A DNA stretch of 63,936 nt, counting the filler, from Dicyema japonicum (lineage: Eukaryota; Animalia; Dicyemida), in NCBI GenBank assembly GCA_011109175.1. It is 5 parts of 5 records of this genome, joined end to end, with 100 filler letters (N's around TTAATTAATTAA, not from the genome) between each part and the next. Parts side by side here need not be neighbours in the genome. Positions count along the whole stretch, not along the records: positions 1 to 31,773 come from RDEW01000009.1; 4 more parts are not named here. One strand, 5' to 3'. This document shows positions 12,610 through 25,700 of the stretch, in pieces. Both the position numbers and the translations under genes were made by a program. The notes beneath the pieces are model-generated. The model did no database searches, had not been told where the DNA came from, and was given only the letters and a program-made list of their open reading frames with translations. Within the stretch, counting starts at the first letter, position 1. Each line of letters begins with the position of its first letter.

Positions 12610-13080
12610 TTTTAATGGCAACATTGAATGAAAATGTCGTCGACTGTATAACAATCCATTCTGCGGACGTGCTGCCTGCTAGCAGGCTCGTCCGTCGGTT
12701 TGTTTGATTTGACTTTCCAGGCTGATCCTGAGTGAGTTCCCGTCAATGCAAGGTTGGAGGGTAGTGAAACCATCCTCACAGGTCGCGTCCCAGGCGAGGT
12801 ATCTACAGCTTTCCCATAAGAAAAGAGTTTCCTCGTAGGTCTTTTGTTGTCTAAGAGGAGTCCGAACAGTTCCAACTGAACCGGGAATCCAGTGGTTTCC
12901 AGTCCCCATTCAATAACTTTGTTTATGGCTTTGTACCTTGGACTCTCTCTAGCGTTCCTCCTGCAAAAAAAGACCGTAAAGATCTTTAGAATCGACCATC
13001 TTTCCGAATCCACTCAGAGGCAGATGTAATCCCTTATTATTGTGGAGTCGTCACCCAATAGCGGCACAAGATAGGTGCAT
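12610..13080 (-). mobile_element. CRE-like non-LTR C-terminal fragment
   Basis: PRYKAINKVI..GFPVQLE..DNKRP..WDATCED matches the RLE region of the CRE copies at 16-19 kb. Confidence 0.75.
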
Positions 13081-13129
13081 GGGAAGGCTCTGACCCATAC
13101 ATTACTTTCGTTAGTCAATAATATGATGC

Positions 13130-14240
13130 CAGATGATACTGGTATAGTTACAGTTTATCTCATCATTAGTTTTGAACAATAACTGTTTATCCCAGTCTCG
13201 TTGTTTATCAAATTGAAAAAGATCGGATTATGATAGGCCATCACGACATACCAGTTAGATAATATATTTACCCCCGCTGCCTTCAAGTGAAAGAAACCGG
13301 TGACAAATAATACTTCACAGCCAAGAGTGGACTCTCCCAGAGATCCGACAGTTGCATTTGGTTCTGTGTAAAAGTCGAAAGTGACCCGGACAAAATAAGA
13401 GTATTAAGATGGTAAAGAAGGCATAATGGGCAAATTGCAGAGGACGATTTTCCGATTTTGTTTAAATATGAACGTAAATCTATGTGATGACACAACGCAG
13501 GTGCGCCAAGTTGACACGAGCTTGCAATGGTTTGGAAAACTTCGTTCCCGCCATTATTCGGCGATAGGTGTCCCAGAAGCTTGTTAGTACTAGTACTTTA
13601 AATGGTTTTTATAGATATCCGATTATTAATTGTTTTCTGGCGTGATTTGGATGGTTCGTAGAATCTGAATTTGATCACAGAGGGTGAAATAAATCTCTTT
13701 TTGTTAATATTTATTTTAATAACACCGGGAACACCGAGAAAGAAAGACAAAAGAGTCAAACAGTTAGGTGATCCCAATCCTCGCAATCAATTGTGCCATT
13801 CGACGTCTGTGATCTTCCATTAATCCCACTACTTTCCGGAAGCGTCTTCTCTCGGTTTTGCAGAGGAATCCGATCGGGGAATTTCTTATCCAATCGGATT
13901 TCTCTTGCCATGGAAAGGATCAGACGAAGCGGGTTTCCATCTTCTTCACAGATGCGAAGAAATCCGGAACCACGACTACGGATCTTAGCTTCCATGAGTA
14001 GTGGGTCGACTATTGATCCATTACGTGGGCAAAACATACTGATGGTTTTCTGGTGTATTGAGTTGACTCTGTGAACCATAGTCTCGGATAGCGAGAATCT
14101 CCATGCAACGGAAACATACTCAACAACTGGCTCGATTGTTTGTTGGTAGAGGGTAGAAACAGATAAGTCCATATTCCTCGGGGTCCTCCGGACAAGGGCG
14201 CGTAAAACGTTAATTTTCTGGAGGCCCCTGGTAATCATGT
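13130..14240 (-). mobile_element. Two LINE 3' fragments (zinc-knuckle YLNKIGKSSSAICPLC; Ingi-like end with GIT-stop)
   Basis: ORFs 13283-13495 and 13756-14238 (VVEYVSVAWRF). Terminal GGGATCACCTAA at 13764-13775. Confidence 0.75.
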
Positions 14241-14409
14241 CTTTTACGTGGGAGTTGTTAATAGAAAGCCAAAAGCAATGATCTAATAATAATTAATATT
14301 TTAAGTTATAATTTTCTGATTAAATAAATAATATTCTTATATTTATGCTGGCGAACCAAAAATATTAAAATAATAAATAAAACGTTATTATTTGTCCTTG
14401 TGTCTCTCT

Positions 14410-15547
14410 ATGGTTGAACCAGATTCTTCTCTTAACGAGTCCGCTCACATATACGCAAATTTGGGAAGTTCTGTAAAACGACGAGTGAGGGCCCTTAAGG
14501 CTTTGATGAACGATGATGTTTCGTTGAGGATTAAAAGAGACAAAGAGATTTTCGAAATTATCAAAAAATACGAATCTGAGCAGAATTCTATTTTCGTAAA
14601 GGTATCTTTAAACTAATTTTTTAGAGACGTCAAATAGTCGAAGGAAGCTATGAACCAACTGAGGAAGAGAGCAAATGGACTAACTCCTTTGATTCATTAG
14701 AAGTTCCCAGAAACGGAAATTCCAATGAAGACAACAGTAAAGGAATTCCCGGGTTTTGGCTCTCAGTTTTAAAGAACAGTGAGATATTCGACTTTTTAAC
14801 GGTAATCTGGCTCTTCTGATGAATAGGAGAAGGACGAGAAGGCTCTAGAGAGTCTGGTGGACATTCAAGTGGTCTCTGAGGACCTCGAGGAAAATCTGGC
14901 AGTATGTGAACATGTAACTCTAGCATTGGTCCATCAACTTCAAATTTTCACCAAACGATTTCTTTACCAATGAGAAACTTACTCTTTCTGTGGTGGACAG
15001 GTTCAACACAGGCGAAGGAGACGAGAGGCTTGGTTACGAAGGTCGGCAGTCGTACAAAATGAAGGGGTTGGGTGGTCCCTGATTTTAGGTGCCCGATAGA
15101 CTGGAAGCCTGGGATGAATTTGACAGAGAAAAGAGTTCAAGTGACTCAGAAACGAAGAAATAAGCAGTCGATAACAACGACGAAGATCAAGCCGGCATAT
15201 TCAATCTTCAAAATCTTCAATCCTTCCCTATGTAGTATTACGTTAACTATTTAGTGTATGGACATGATTCTGATACGGTGGAGGACCCAAAGGTAGTGAG
15301 GGTAATGAGTTTAGGGTACTGATGATAGAATGACGTTTGATGATGCTTTGGAGTTGTGTAATACTTTGATGGATTATGTGGTTCCACAGGCTGTGATGTA
15401 TTTTTTGAAACAAAATATGGTTGAGGTTGTTTTTTGTGTATAATTCAGGAATTTGAGGATGATGATTGTGAGGAGAGTTCGAGGTTTCACTCGGATGATT
15501 ATTGTGAAGAGAGTTCGAGGATTCACTCTGATGGTGAGTCCGATTAA
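14410..15547 (+). CDS. NAP1: Nucleosome assembly protein 1-like, about 325 aa, 8 exons and 7 micro-introns
   Basis: VKRRVRALK..IVEGSYEPTEEE..KGIPGFWLSVLKN..FSPNDFFTNEKL..GCPIDWKPGMNLT..VVPQAVMYF plus an acidic tail. Introns 14602-14624, 14802-14826, 14902-14923, 15067-15088, 15232-15254, 15293-15314, 15426-15448 (22-25 nt, all GT-AG). Exon lengths keep frame to the TAA. Confidence 0.95.
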
Positions 15548-16339
15548 TTTTTCTTTCATTTTTGTTAGAGATTTGTTTTCTATTACTTTTAATTTGTGAT
15601 TGGAGTATTTTGAGGATATTAGTTTTAGGTTTACCCCACGTTATTAACTCGGAATCATGTAGATTATCATTTTATCTAATTTTGATAATTTTAAGTTTTT
15701 AGGGTTTACCACAATTCATGTTTTTTTATAATGGTCTTCCCACGTTTATATTATATTTTTTTTGCTATGCACCATTATCATGAAAAGCTTTTATAACCAT
15801 TATAAAATTTGCGATTTTGTGGACACAACTGGACTTCACTTCTGTTTGGGTCATAATTTGCACAAATTAAGGGACAACTAAAACAAATAAAGAACTTGGT
15901 TAAATACAAAAAAGTTAGGAGGGAAGACAATAAAAGTCTTTGTGGAGATGAAAACATTAAATGTGCTACACAAACTTAGGGGGTTTGTGTCAAATGTTTT
16001 TTAGAATTGTTTTAAACTTAAAAATATATTTTTTTTTAATTCTAAACAACAAAATTAATTTATAAAATGGCTGATTTCTCTGACAATAGCCATCCAGTCT
16101 ACGTATATCGTTGGTGATCCTCATTGAATCTAGATCAGTTGGTTTATGTCGAATCCGATATTCATTTGCATTGAATAGTGCAGGAAATTGATAGTAAAGA
16201 TAATTCAGATATTTTGAGGTTTTATTTACACTTATTGGTTTTTAAGAAATCTTTATATTCCACTAGTAAACTGAGTTTTTGTAATTTTATTGATTTTTAA
16301 TCCTGTCAATTACATGCACATATATTTATGTTTAATAAA

Positions 16340-17880
16340 TCAATTTACATAATTTGATCCCTCCTCAATGAATTGAAGGCATTGCAGATGTCCAGCTTGA
16401 CCCCAATGTGTGGGTTTTGTTCGTCATTCTGTCCAAAAAAACACCTCGCAGCATGCACTGCCGCCTCGCATCCGTTCCTTACACCAACCCCCAGTTGAAG
16501 GGGGGAAAATTCTTCAGATATTTCATCAACGTGGTCGAGTCTTTCAACTCGGTATTACCTGGAATTACTGTCGTACCCAAGGAGCGGACATACTTTCTTG
16601 GGTGCCCACTTGACGAAAAGGAACTGCGGAGCCATCTACAAACAAAAGAGGATGAACTCTCCAGAGTCACGGATAAACTTTCCTTACTCGATGGTCATAC
16701 AGCATTTTTCCTTTTGAAGAATAGCATCGGCTTGCCCAAACTCCTATATGCTCTCCGATGTTCTCCCTGCTTCAAACATCGTGACATCCTCCTGTCACTG
16801 GATAGGACATTGAGAAAATCGGCTGAATTACTTCTAAACATCCAGTTTGATGCGCCGAGTTGGAACCAATGCAAGCTTCCTACACGCCTCGGTGGAACGG
16901 GTCTCAGGTCGGCGCTGGAGATCGCCTATCCAGCATATGTGTCATCGCTCTCAAGTGGAAGCCTTTTGGTCCAAGAAATCCTACGTATTACAACCGGACT
17001 CTCTTGGGAAAAAGTCTTCGACGAAGCTCGTTGCGAATGGTGTGAAACTGGTTTGGATATGCCGAACGATCCTTCGAGGCAACGTGACTGGGATGATATT
17101 TACTCCAAGAATATCTTCGACGTGCTAAAGTCTGAGGCCAACCAGCATCGTCTTGCATGCCTCGTGTCCGCCGCCAACCATGGAGCGGAGCGTGGCTGGA
17201 TGCACTCCCGTCTTCCTCCCTGGGGACCCTATTGGACGATGACTGTATTCGGATTGGAATCGCACAACGCCTGGGAGCTGATGTTTGCGTCGAACACCAA
17301 TGTCGCTGTGGAGGGATCGTCGATGCCAAAGGGCTGCACCCGCTCTCGTGCAAAAGGAGTGCGGGCAGAGCACCCCGCCATGCTGCTATGAACAACATTG
17401 TCTTGCGAGCTCTTGAAGCGGCAGGCTTCCCGGCAGTATTGGAACCTGTGGGATTGGACCGCGGAGATGGGAAAAGACCGGATGGGTTAACTGTCTTTCC
17501 GTTCACTGAGGGAAAATCGCTCGTATGGGACTGCACTGTTGTGGATTTCTTTCTCGAACTCGATGATGCTCAGCTCGGCGCAGTCTGCTGGATCGGCAGC
17601 CGATCTGGCCGAAAAAATCAAGATTAAAAAATATGGCGAAATTGGAGACCGCTACCGTTTTGTACCGATAGCAATCGAGACGTCTGGTGCGGCTGGAAGT
17701 ATTACAGCCTCTTTCCTAAAGGAAATCGGGGGAAAATTGGCCCACCGCAAGAAAGACGTGCGGGAAGCGGTCTGGCTGAAGCAAAGAATTGGTATCGCTG
17801 TTATTCGCGGAAACGCTTACTCCGTGATGTCAGCAGCCGCTCTCCCTCATAGTTAATAAATAATATTTTATTGTTAATAA
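16340..17880 (+). mobile_element. CRE-clade non-LTR retrotransposon, 5'-truncated (RT end, CCHC, RLE)
   Basis: [78 protein letters not shown]. Two frameshifts and an AT-rich tail. Confidence 0.9.
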
Positions 17881-18119
17881 ATTTTGTTCATTTACATAAT
17901 TAAACATCTTCACAAAACTAAAAATACAATAATATTTTTATTTTCTCCATAAAAGTTGTTAAATCAAGAACAAGACAGAGAGAAAAACTTATTAAAATTT
18001 AGTAATTCTGGGGAAGTTGACTTGAAGTCATTATTTTTTAAAACAACAATTTTTAAGTGAAAAATCATTACTCAACGGTTTGCTGGAAGACAATTGGTAG
18101 GTTTCCTTATCTTCCTTAT

Positions 18120-19729
18120 AATTGAATAAATTTACTCTTTTATTTAAAACTGCCATCCAAAGTGGACCCCTCCGACATCATAGACGTTGCGTTGCCTCTC
18201 ACGACTGCAACAGAGATCAACTGGACTAGCCACCGTGTCTCACGTGCTTCGTGGCTTTTTAGTGTAGCTATTCGTCCAAGTTTCTTTAGGAAGTGAAGCG
18301 ATTTTCCACCTCCAGTTGTCTCGACCACTATCGGATAAAACGCGAATCGGTCGCGTAGCGCTTCGATTTTTTCTCCTTTGTCCTCATCGTTTTTTCCGCG
18401 GAATGCAGTGTGTCTACCGCGCTCCCGACAATGTTGGACGGGCAAAGCGTGTCGACACAAATAGCGTCCCAGACCAAAGGTTTCCCCTCTTCGAATGGCT
18501 ACCGCGCTCCCGACAATGTTGGACGGGCAAAGCGTGTCGACACAAATAGCGTCCCAGACCAAAGGTTTCCCCTCTTCGAATGGGAAAATTGTGATCCCTT
18601 CAAGACGTTTTCCGTCTCCTCTGTCCAGGCCAACAGGTCCTAGTATGGCTGGGTATCCCGCAGAATCCAGGGCTCGCTTGACAATTCCGTTGATAGCCTT
18701 GTGTCTTGGGAATCGTCCTGCACTTCTTCTACAAGAGAGGGCATGCAGTCCATAACAAACGACGGTTGCGCCACATCGGCATTTGTGGGTCCGGCAAATC
18801 TCCAGTCCAAGTCTGGTGGAGATGACGATGCGAACAGTATCGTCGTCAAGGTGGGTCCCGACACTGCCAACAGGGAGTGCATTGATCCATGCGCAACTCG
18901 ATTCGCATCTTCCAGTGACTAGACAGGCACGTCTGTGTTGGTTTGATTGGTTCAGAATCCTCTCATATTTATCCTCGCAGATGATCCTGTAACGATCTTT
19001 CTGCTCAGGCATCATCCCCTTCAAATGCTCCATCTCTGTGATTTCAGATGATTCTGTTTGGAGTTGGAGAATCATCGTGATCAGCAGTCGGCTAGAGCCC
19101 AAAGAGGATAGATAAGCAGGACAAGCCAGATTTTTCGTTGAAGGGATTCCCAGTCCGTCCAGGCTAACGGGTAGGGTCGCTTGGTCCCACCCTCGGTCGT
19201 CAAATTTCACATTTGTGATACGTTCAATGGTGGTACGGAAGAGGGAATCGATAGCATCGAGCTGTTGCATTTTCAGGTAGCAGGATGCCCCCCGAAGAAC
19301 ATAGTTGTTTCTGTGCTGATAAGGTGTTTCTCAGAAGGAATAGGGAGGTGTGTATGTCCAGCATCTCCAGACGTCTGAATGTTGTTTTTAGTTGATGTTC
19401 TTTTGTTCTTAGAGTGTTACTGATTCCAGCATCAGTAAGATGGCATCCAAGTATTTCCAGTTGTTCTGATTTGGTTTCTGTGGCTTTCGGAATGATCTGT
19501 CTGAACATACCAAAGATCAAATCCCATTCAGACTGTGGAAATCCAAAATTGGTTACTTCACACTTATTGGTGTTTAGAGTTAGACTGGGATTCAAATTGT
19601 ACTATCGAACTTTTCAAACAATCTAGTACATTCTTCGGATGGCCGCCCATAGTGCAATCATCCAAATACTATACTCTCAGAGGAGTGGAGCAGTATCCTG
19701 TGATACGGGCAATTCCCAGGCTGAACAAG
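18120..19729 (-). mobile_element. Second, diverged CRE-clade element, tail-to-tail with the first
   Basis: SLTLNTNKCE..LPVSLDGLGI..CRCGATVVCYGLHALSC..KRLEGITIFPF..VWDAICVDT..FYPIVVETTGG. Contains an exact 85-nt internal duplication. Confidence 0.9.
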
Positions 19730-21031
19730 GAGGTTTATATTCTGGCATAATAACAACCAACATGCCAATACTTTTCCTGTAATAAACCTTCCAATCCACT
19801 CAGATTGGAGATAAGTATTCATTATCCCTGTCTTATATTTTGGTCAAAACAATAAGTAGAATTTTTGGTCAAAGGTTGTTTATTGACCTTTGGGTTGTCT
19901 GGGTTGTGTAATTAAAGTTTTCTAAGAAAATGTGGTTTATCCAGTCTAACCAGTTTATTGAATAGTTTTGAAATGACAGTTCCGTAGGTACTTTAACAAT
20001 TATCCAGATATTGAGTTCAGATGATTTTCCTGTATTAGAGATTGTTCCCTGGTATTGAAATTCTTAGAATGTTGTTAACTTTCTCATCAGGAATAAAAAA
20101 TATTAAAAACTAATAAATGAATAAAGCAAATATCTTAATACAACTAATCAGTTCTTTCTACTAAATCTTCTAGCAAATGCACTCAAATAACTATTTTCCC
20201 TTTTATCAACCGAATTCCTAGTAGTTCCACTCAAATTCGAAATTGAGAAAGAACTCATACTTCTTCCAATCTTAGGAATTCCATGTAAATTCTTCAAACT
20301 CCTCAAATGTTCCGTACTCTTCTTTATTCTACACGGATCCACACCCTCCATATAATCACTCAGCAGTTGCCAACCTCCCCCAACACGTACCACGACCTGT
20401 CCATTAGTCACCTTCAAATACTTTACTGTAGACCCAATCTACAATATTTCAACACACCACCTTATACTTTCCCTCAGACATATATCTGTACTCCACCCGC
20501 CGCGAACACACACATTTAGAAAGCTCCTCAGCTATCCCAGAGTCCAAAGCGTCCTTTCCCAACGCCTGATCCATCTGCACTTTCACATTCCTCGTTGTTT
20601 TTCCATGCAAGATGGCGTCCACAATAATCTTGTATTCCAAATCCTCGCAAGATGACCCACCGAACAAGGAGAAAATCGCATTCATCTCTCCCCGGGGACT
20701 CACAAGGCCTAAATTTTCTACAAAAGAGACCGGCTTTAATGTGACCACTAACGAATCGTTCTCTGGTAATCCGACCTTCCTCCTTAGAGTCGTTCTTCCG
20801 GTAAAAGTCGAGAATTCTCAATTTCTTTTCTTTAAGCCAACTCAAATAACGAGTCCGCCATGCCTGGAAGTCCACGTGGTCAATATTTTCATACTAAATT
20901 GTGATGACAAAAATACCCTTCCACATTCATCAATGGCTTTCTGTAGGTTGAACAAATATTCAGTGGAAGATTTACGGACAGATTTCCAAAGAGAGTAAAT
21001 TTTGGAGGGACTTCCAGTAGCCCTACTAAAT
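19730..21031. repeat. 1.3 kb near-identical copy of 22361-23662 (spectraplakin 3' end and downstream DNA)
   Basis: Constant 2631-nt offset, about 4 substitutions seen, ends at an N gap. Confidence 0.95.
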
Positions 21032-21893
21032 NNNNNNNNNNNNNNNNNNNNNNNNNNNNNNNNNNNNNNNNNNNNNNNNNNNNNNNNNNNNNNNNNNNNN
21101 NNNNNNNNNNNNNNNNNNNNNNNNNNNNNNNNNNNNNNNNNNNNNNNNNNNNNNNNNNNNNNNNNNNNNNNNNNNNNNNNNNNNNNNNNNNNNNNNNNNN
21201 NNNNNNNNNNNNNNNNNNNNNNNNNNNNNNNNNNNNNNNNNNNNNNNNNNNNNNNNNNNNNNNNNNNNNNNNNNNNNNNNNNNNNNNNNNNNNNNNNNNN
21301 NNNNNNNNNNNNNNNNNNNNNNNNNNNNNNNNNNNNNNNNNNNNNNNNNNNNNNNNNNNNNNNNNNNNNNNNNNNNNNNNNNNNNNNNNNNNNNNNNNNN
21401 NNNNNNNNNNNNNNNNNNNNNNNNNNNNNNNNNNNNNNNNNNNNNNNNNNNNNNNNNNNNNNNNNNNNNNNNNNNNNNNNNNNNNNNNNNNNNNNNNNNN
21501 NNNNNNNNNNNNNNNNNNNNNNNNNNNNNNNNNNNNNNNNNNNNNNNNNNNNNNNNNNNNNNNNNNNNNNNNNNNNNNNNNNNNNNNNNNNNNNNNNNNN
21601 NNNNNNNNNAGAAGCCCTAAAAGCAATTGCATGGAATATTAAATATTCTTTTGATTCACATTAAATAATCCCTTGATTCACGTTAAATAAAAATCATATG
21701 TTTATAACATTTAAAAAAAATTTTAAAAGTAGAAAAAATTATTTTTAGAATTTATTTCCACCACGTGTAGTTTTAGTTGTGGCGGGACATTTTAATTCAT
21801 TAACATTAGCCAAAATTAACTATGTAAATAATTTGTTATTCTAAACTCGCTTACTTTAAAATGAAACGATCATGAATAAAAATCTTAATTTAT

Positions 21894-22155
21894 AAACGGA
21901 AAAAAAGTCAAGTCCGTTAACGAAATTACGGACTTGACTTTTTTTCCGTTTTGCGCTAAATTTCGAAAATTTATAAGGGAAAAATTTTCAAAAATGGAAA
22001 AAAAGTCAAGCGGAAAAAAAGTCAAGTATTGAAAAAATTTTTAAAAATTAAAAGATGCTAGTAGTATCACAAAAATGCGATATAAACTAAAAAAAGACAA
22101 CTTGACTTTTTTTCCGCTTGACCTTTTTTCCACTTGACTTTTTTTCCTACAACCG
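21894..22155. repeat. Foldback-like element: 24-bp perfect hairpin plus seven copies of GGAAAAAAAGTCAAG in both orientations
   Basis: Stem arms 21894-21917 and 21928-21951. Further copies near 21996, 22012 (forward) and 22101, 22117, 22133 (reverse, one with a mismatch). Confidence 0.85.
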
Positions 22156-22778
22156 TTTATTGAGGGACTTCCACGTTTTCTGAAAATGTCTATGCTTGTT
22201 TTTAACAAGAAATTAATGGACTCTCTTTCGCAAGTCCTTTAGTACAGTTTCCAGAAAATAAATAATATTTTTGATGTCGAATCTTCCTGTGTCTTTTAAA
22301 GTAGGGAAATATCGATTTATCAATCTTGTAGAAACCTTGAGAAAGATCGATTATATGGATGAGGTTTATATTCTGGCATAATAACAACCAACGTGCCAAT
22401 ACTTTTCCTGTAATAAACCTTCCAATCCACTCAGATTGGAGATAAGTATTCATTATCCCTGTCTTATATTTTGGTCAAAACAATAAGTAGAATTTTTGGT
22501 CAAAGGTTGTTTATTGACCTTTGGGTTGTATGGGTTGTGTAATTAAAGTTTTCTAAGAAAATGTGGTTTATCCAGTCTAACCAGTTTATTGAATAGTTTT
22601 GAAATGACAGTTCCGTAGGTACTTTAACAATTATCCAGATATTGAGTTCAGATGATTTTCCTGTATTAGAGATTGTTCCCTGGTATTGAAATTCTTAGAA
22701 TGTTGTTAACTTTCTCATCAGGAATCAAAAATATTAAAAACTAATAAATGAATAAAGCAAATATCTTAATACAACTAA

Positions 22779-25700
22779 TCAGTTCTTTCTACTAAATCTT
22801 CTAGCAAATGCACTCAAATAACTATTTTCCCTTTTATCAACCGAATTCCTAGTAGTTCCACTCAAATTCGAAATTGAGAAAGAACTCATACTTCTTCCAA
22901 TCTTAGGAATTCCATGTAAATTCTTCAAACTCCTCAAATGTTCCGTACTCTTCTTTATTCTACACGGATCCACACCCTCCATATAATCACTCAGCAGTTG
23001 CCAACCTCCCCCAACACGTACCACGACCTGTCCATTAGTCACCTTCAAATACTTTACTGTAGACCCAATCTACAATATCTCAACACACCACCTTATACTT
23101 TCCCTCAGACATATATCTGTACTCCACCCGCCGCGAACACACACATTTAGAAAGCTCCTCAGCTATCCCAGAGTCCAAAGCGTCCTTTCCCAACGCCTGA
23201 TCCATCTGCACTTTCACATTCCTCGTTGTTTTTCCATGCAAGATGGCGTCCACAATAATCTTGTATTCCAAATCCTCGCAAGATGACCCACCGAACAAGG
23301 AGAAAATCGCATTCATCTCTCCCCGGGGACTCACAAGGCCTAAATTTTCTACAAAAGAGACCGGCTTTAATGTGACCACTAACGAATCGTTCTCTGGTAA
23401 TCCGACCTTCCTCCTTAGAGTCGTTCTTCCGGTAAAAGTCGAGAATTCTCAATTTCTTTTCTTTAAGCCAACTCAAATAACGAGTCCGCCATGCCTGGAA
23501 GTCCACGTGGTCAATATTTTCATACTAAATTGTGATGACAAAAATACCCTTCCACATTCATCAATGGCTTTCTGTAGGTTGAACAAATATTCAGTGGAAG
23601 ATTTACGGACAGATTTCCAAAGAGAGTAAATTTTGGAGGGACTTCCAGTAGCCCTACTAAATTGTAAAGTTTTAATACTCATTGGGGAAGCTGGAGAAGG
23701 AACGTTCAAAGATCTCGTTCATATTTGCATATTTAGAATTCAGTTCATCGTGAAATTCCTTGGATTATTATAGAATGATACTTCATGTTCCTTCAAGAGC
23801 TGGTTCAATGTGGAGAGGTCACAAGGCAAATCGAACTTTGTCTTCTCACTCAAAAATCCCTTAGCATCCATCAGCCAATTGGTCAGTTCTTCCATCTCCA
23901 TTGTGTCCTTCTTAGCCTTATTGAAATCTCTATTCAACTTCTCTGTCCTCTGTTGTGCTTTTTGTACAATCTACATGACAAATCAACCCACCTGATCCCA
24001 ACTGGCACAACTTATGGTGTAGTCGTATCTCACAAACCTGACAGCATTGGGGTGAATGTTCTCCCTTATTGTCTCAGTAATCTCTTTCAAATAATCTATT
24101 TTCTTCTCTTCATCAGCCAAACATTCTAGAAAGTTCTATAATAATCTAGACGTCACACCTCGTGATTATGAATAGCAGACAGCAACTGTTCGTTGTCGTT
24201 ATAAGTTGGTTTCACTCTGAGGACTTGCTCAGCTACCTGAATCACTTCCTTGGCGTATTCGACCCCGTTTTTCAGTTCCTCTGCCTCAAAATAATTCACA
24301 ATCTCAACCAGTTCCAATGCTTTCTCCAAGTTGCTCTCCCTAACAGTCATCAAAGTCTCCACTCTCTCGTAAATTGAGATCATCTGCTTGTAGGAAATAG
24401 AAGTCTCAGGGGAATACTCATCCCTCTCAATTTCTCCAATAGTCTCTTCTTTAGTCTCCACTTCCTTTGCCATTCCCTAAAATTACCACTGAATTTCACC
24501 TGGTATTGCTCCACCAGCATCTTTACAGTGTTGAGGTCCCCAAAGAGACAGTCATTTGTTGAAAGCAAAAACTTTTCAGCGTCAAGAAACCAATTAATGA
24601 GGGAATCGATGACCTCGTTGTTCCCATGTGTCAGAGTGGTCGACTCAATTTCCGTAAGCCTGTTTCTTCACACAAACAACCTCTTTCTAATAATGACCTT
24701 CAAATCGTTCAGTTTGTTGATCATTTTATCATAATCCTGACTACTCTAAAAATTCGTTTTAATTTTTGACTCCTTTCGTTCGAATTGCACTAAAAAATCA
24801 TTCAAAAATTGATAGTTTTGGTCAGAGTTGTCATTTTTGTCACGATTACTTATATTTTCTTCAATCTCCCTTATAAAATCAGCAAATTCTTCAATTATTT
24901 GATCATTCTCTAATAATTCAATTAATACCTCTGCAGTTAATCCCAGTGCAACCAAAGTCCTCCAACGACTGAATACCCCACACGGACTCTCACAGTATAT
25001 CGTCTCCAGTCCAACCTGTGCATACAACCTTAGGATCTCTTTAATCTCCTCAATTCTACCCACAGCCTGGTCACAAATCTATATTGACTATTCAAGTCAC
25101 CTCTTTGGCCACAGATTCACTATCCTTCTCCAACAATCCCTCCACGTGAGATAACCACTTGGCAAAGGACTTTACTCTCTCATTATAAAGTGAGCAGTCC
25201 CCATTATTAATTATCCCCATCTTTCTTAGTCGAATTAAATTATCGACTAATTTCAAATTTGGTGATGTGACAATTTGTTCATATATTTGATTATTCTTTA
25301 CTAATATAACATAATAGTAGTCATTCAGTTTCCTCATGTTGCCACTGCTACGACTGATCCCAGACTCTGCTATATATTTAATATCCTCATGCAGAACCTC
25401 CAGTTGTTCCTATTTATAAGGCGATAACCTTACCTTTGTCCAGTAATAGGCATAATAGAGTCCCTCAATATCATGAGAAGTTGGACCATAATGTCCTTCA
25501 ATATTGGGGCTTAAGTTCGCATCTACGTGGATATTAAATGATTTTGCGGTACTAATGACTTTCTTTATTTCGGGGGACACTTCACTGTGCTCAAACCACG
25601 TGTTATTCTCCGAAGCCGTTATTTGAGACTACGTTACTTCTTATAATAATACATTCAAATAAATATCAGTTTTTGAATTATCCTCACACGTGGGTTGAGT

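Noticed and set aside
15580-16330. Possible small micro-intron genes either side of 15.95 kb
   Set aside because: ATGs and GT-AG candidates exist, but no unique frame or recognisable protein could be reconstructed without transcript data.
20889-21664. Long ORFs of 247 and 220 aa
   Set aside because: They consist almost entirely of N-derived X residues.
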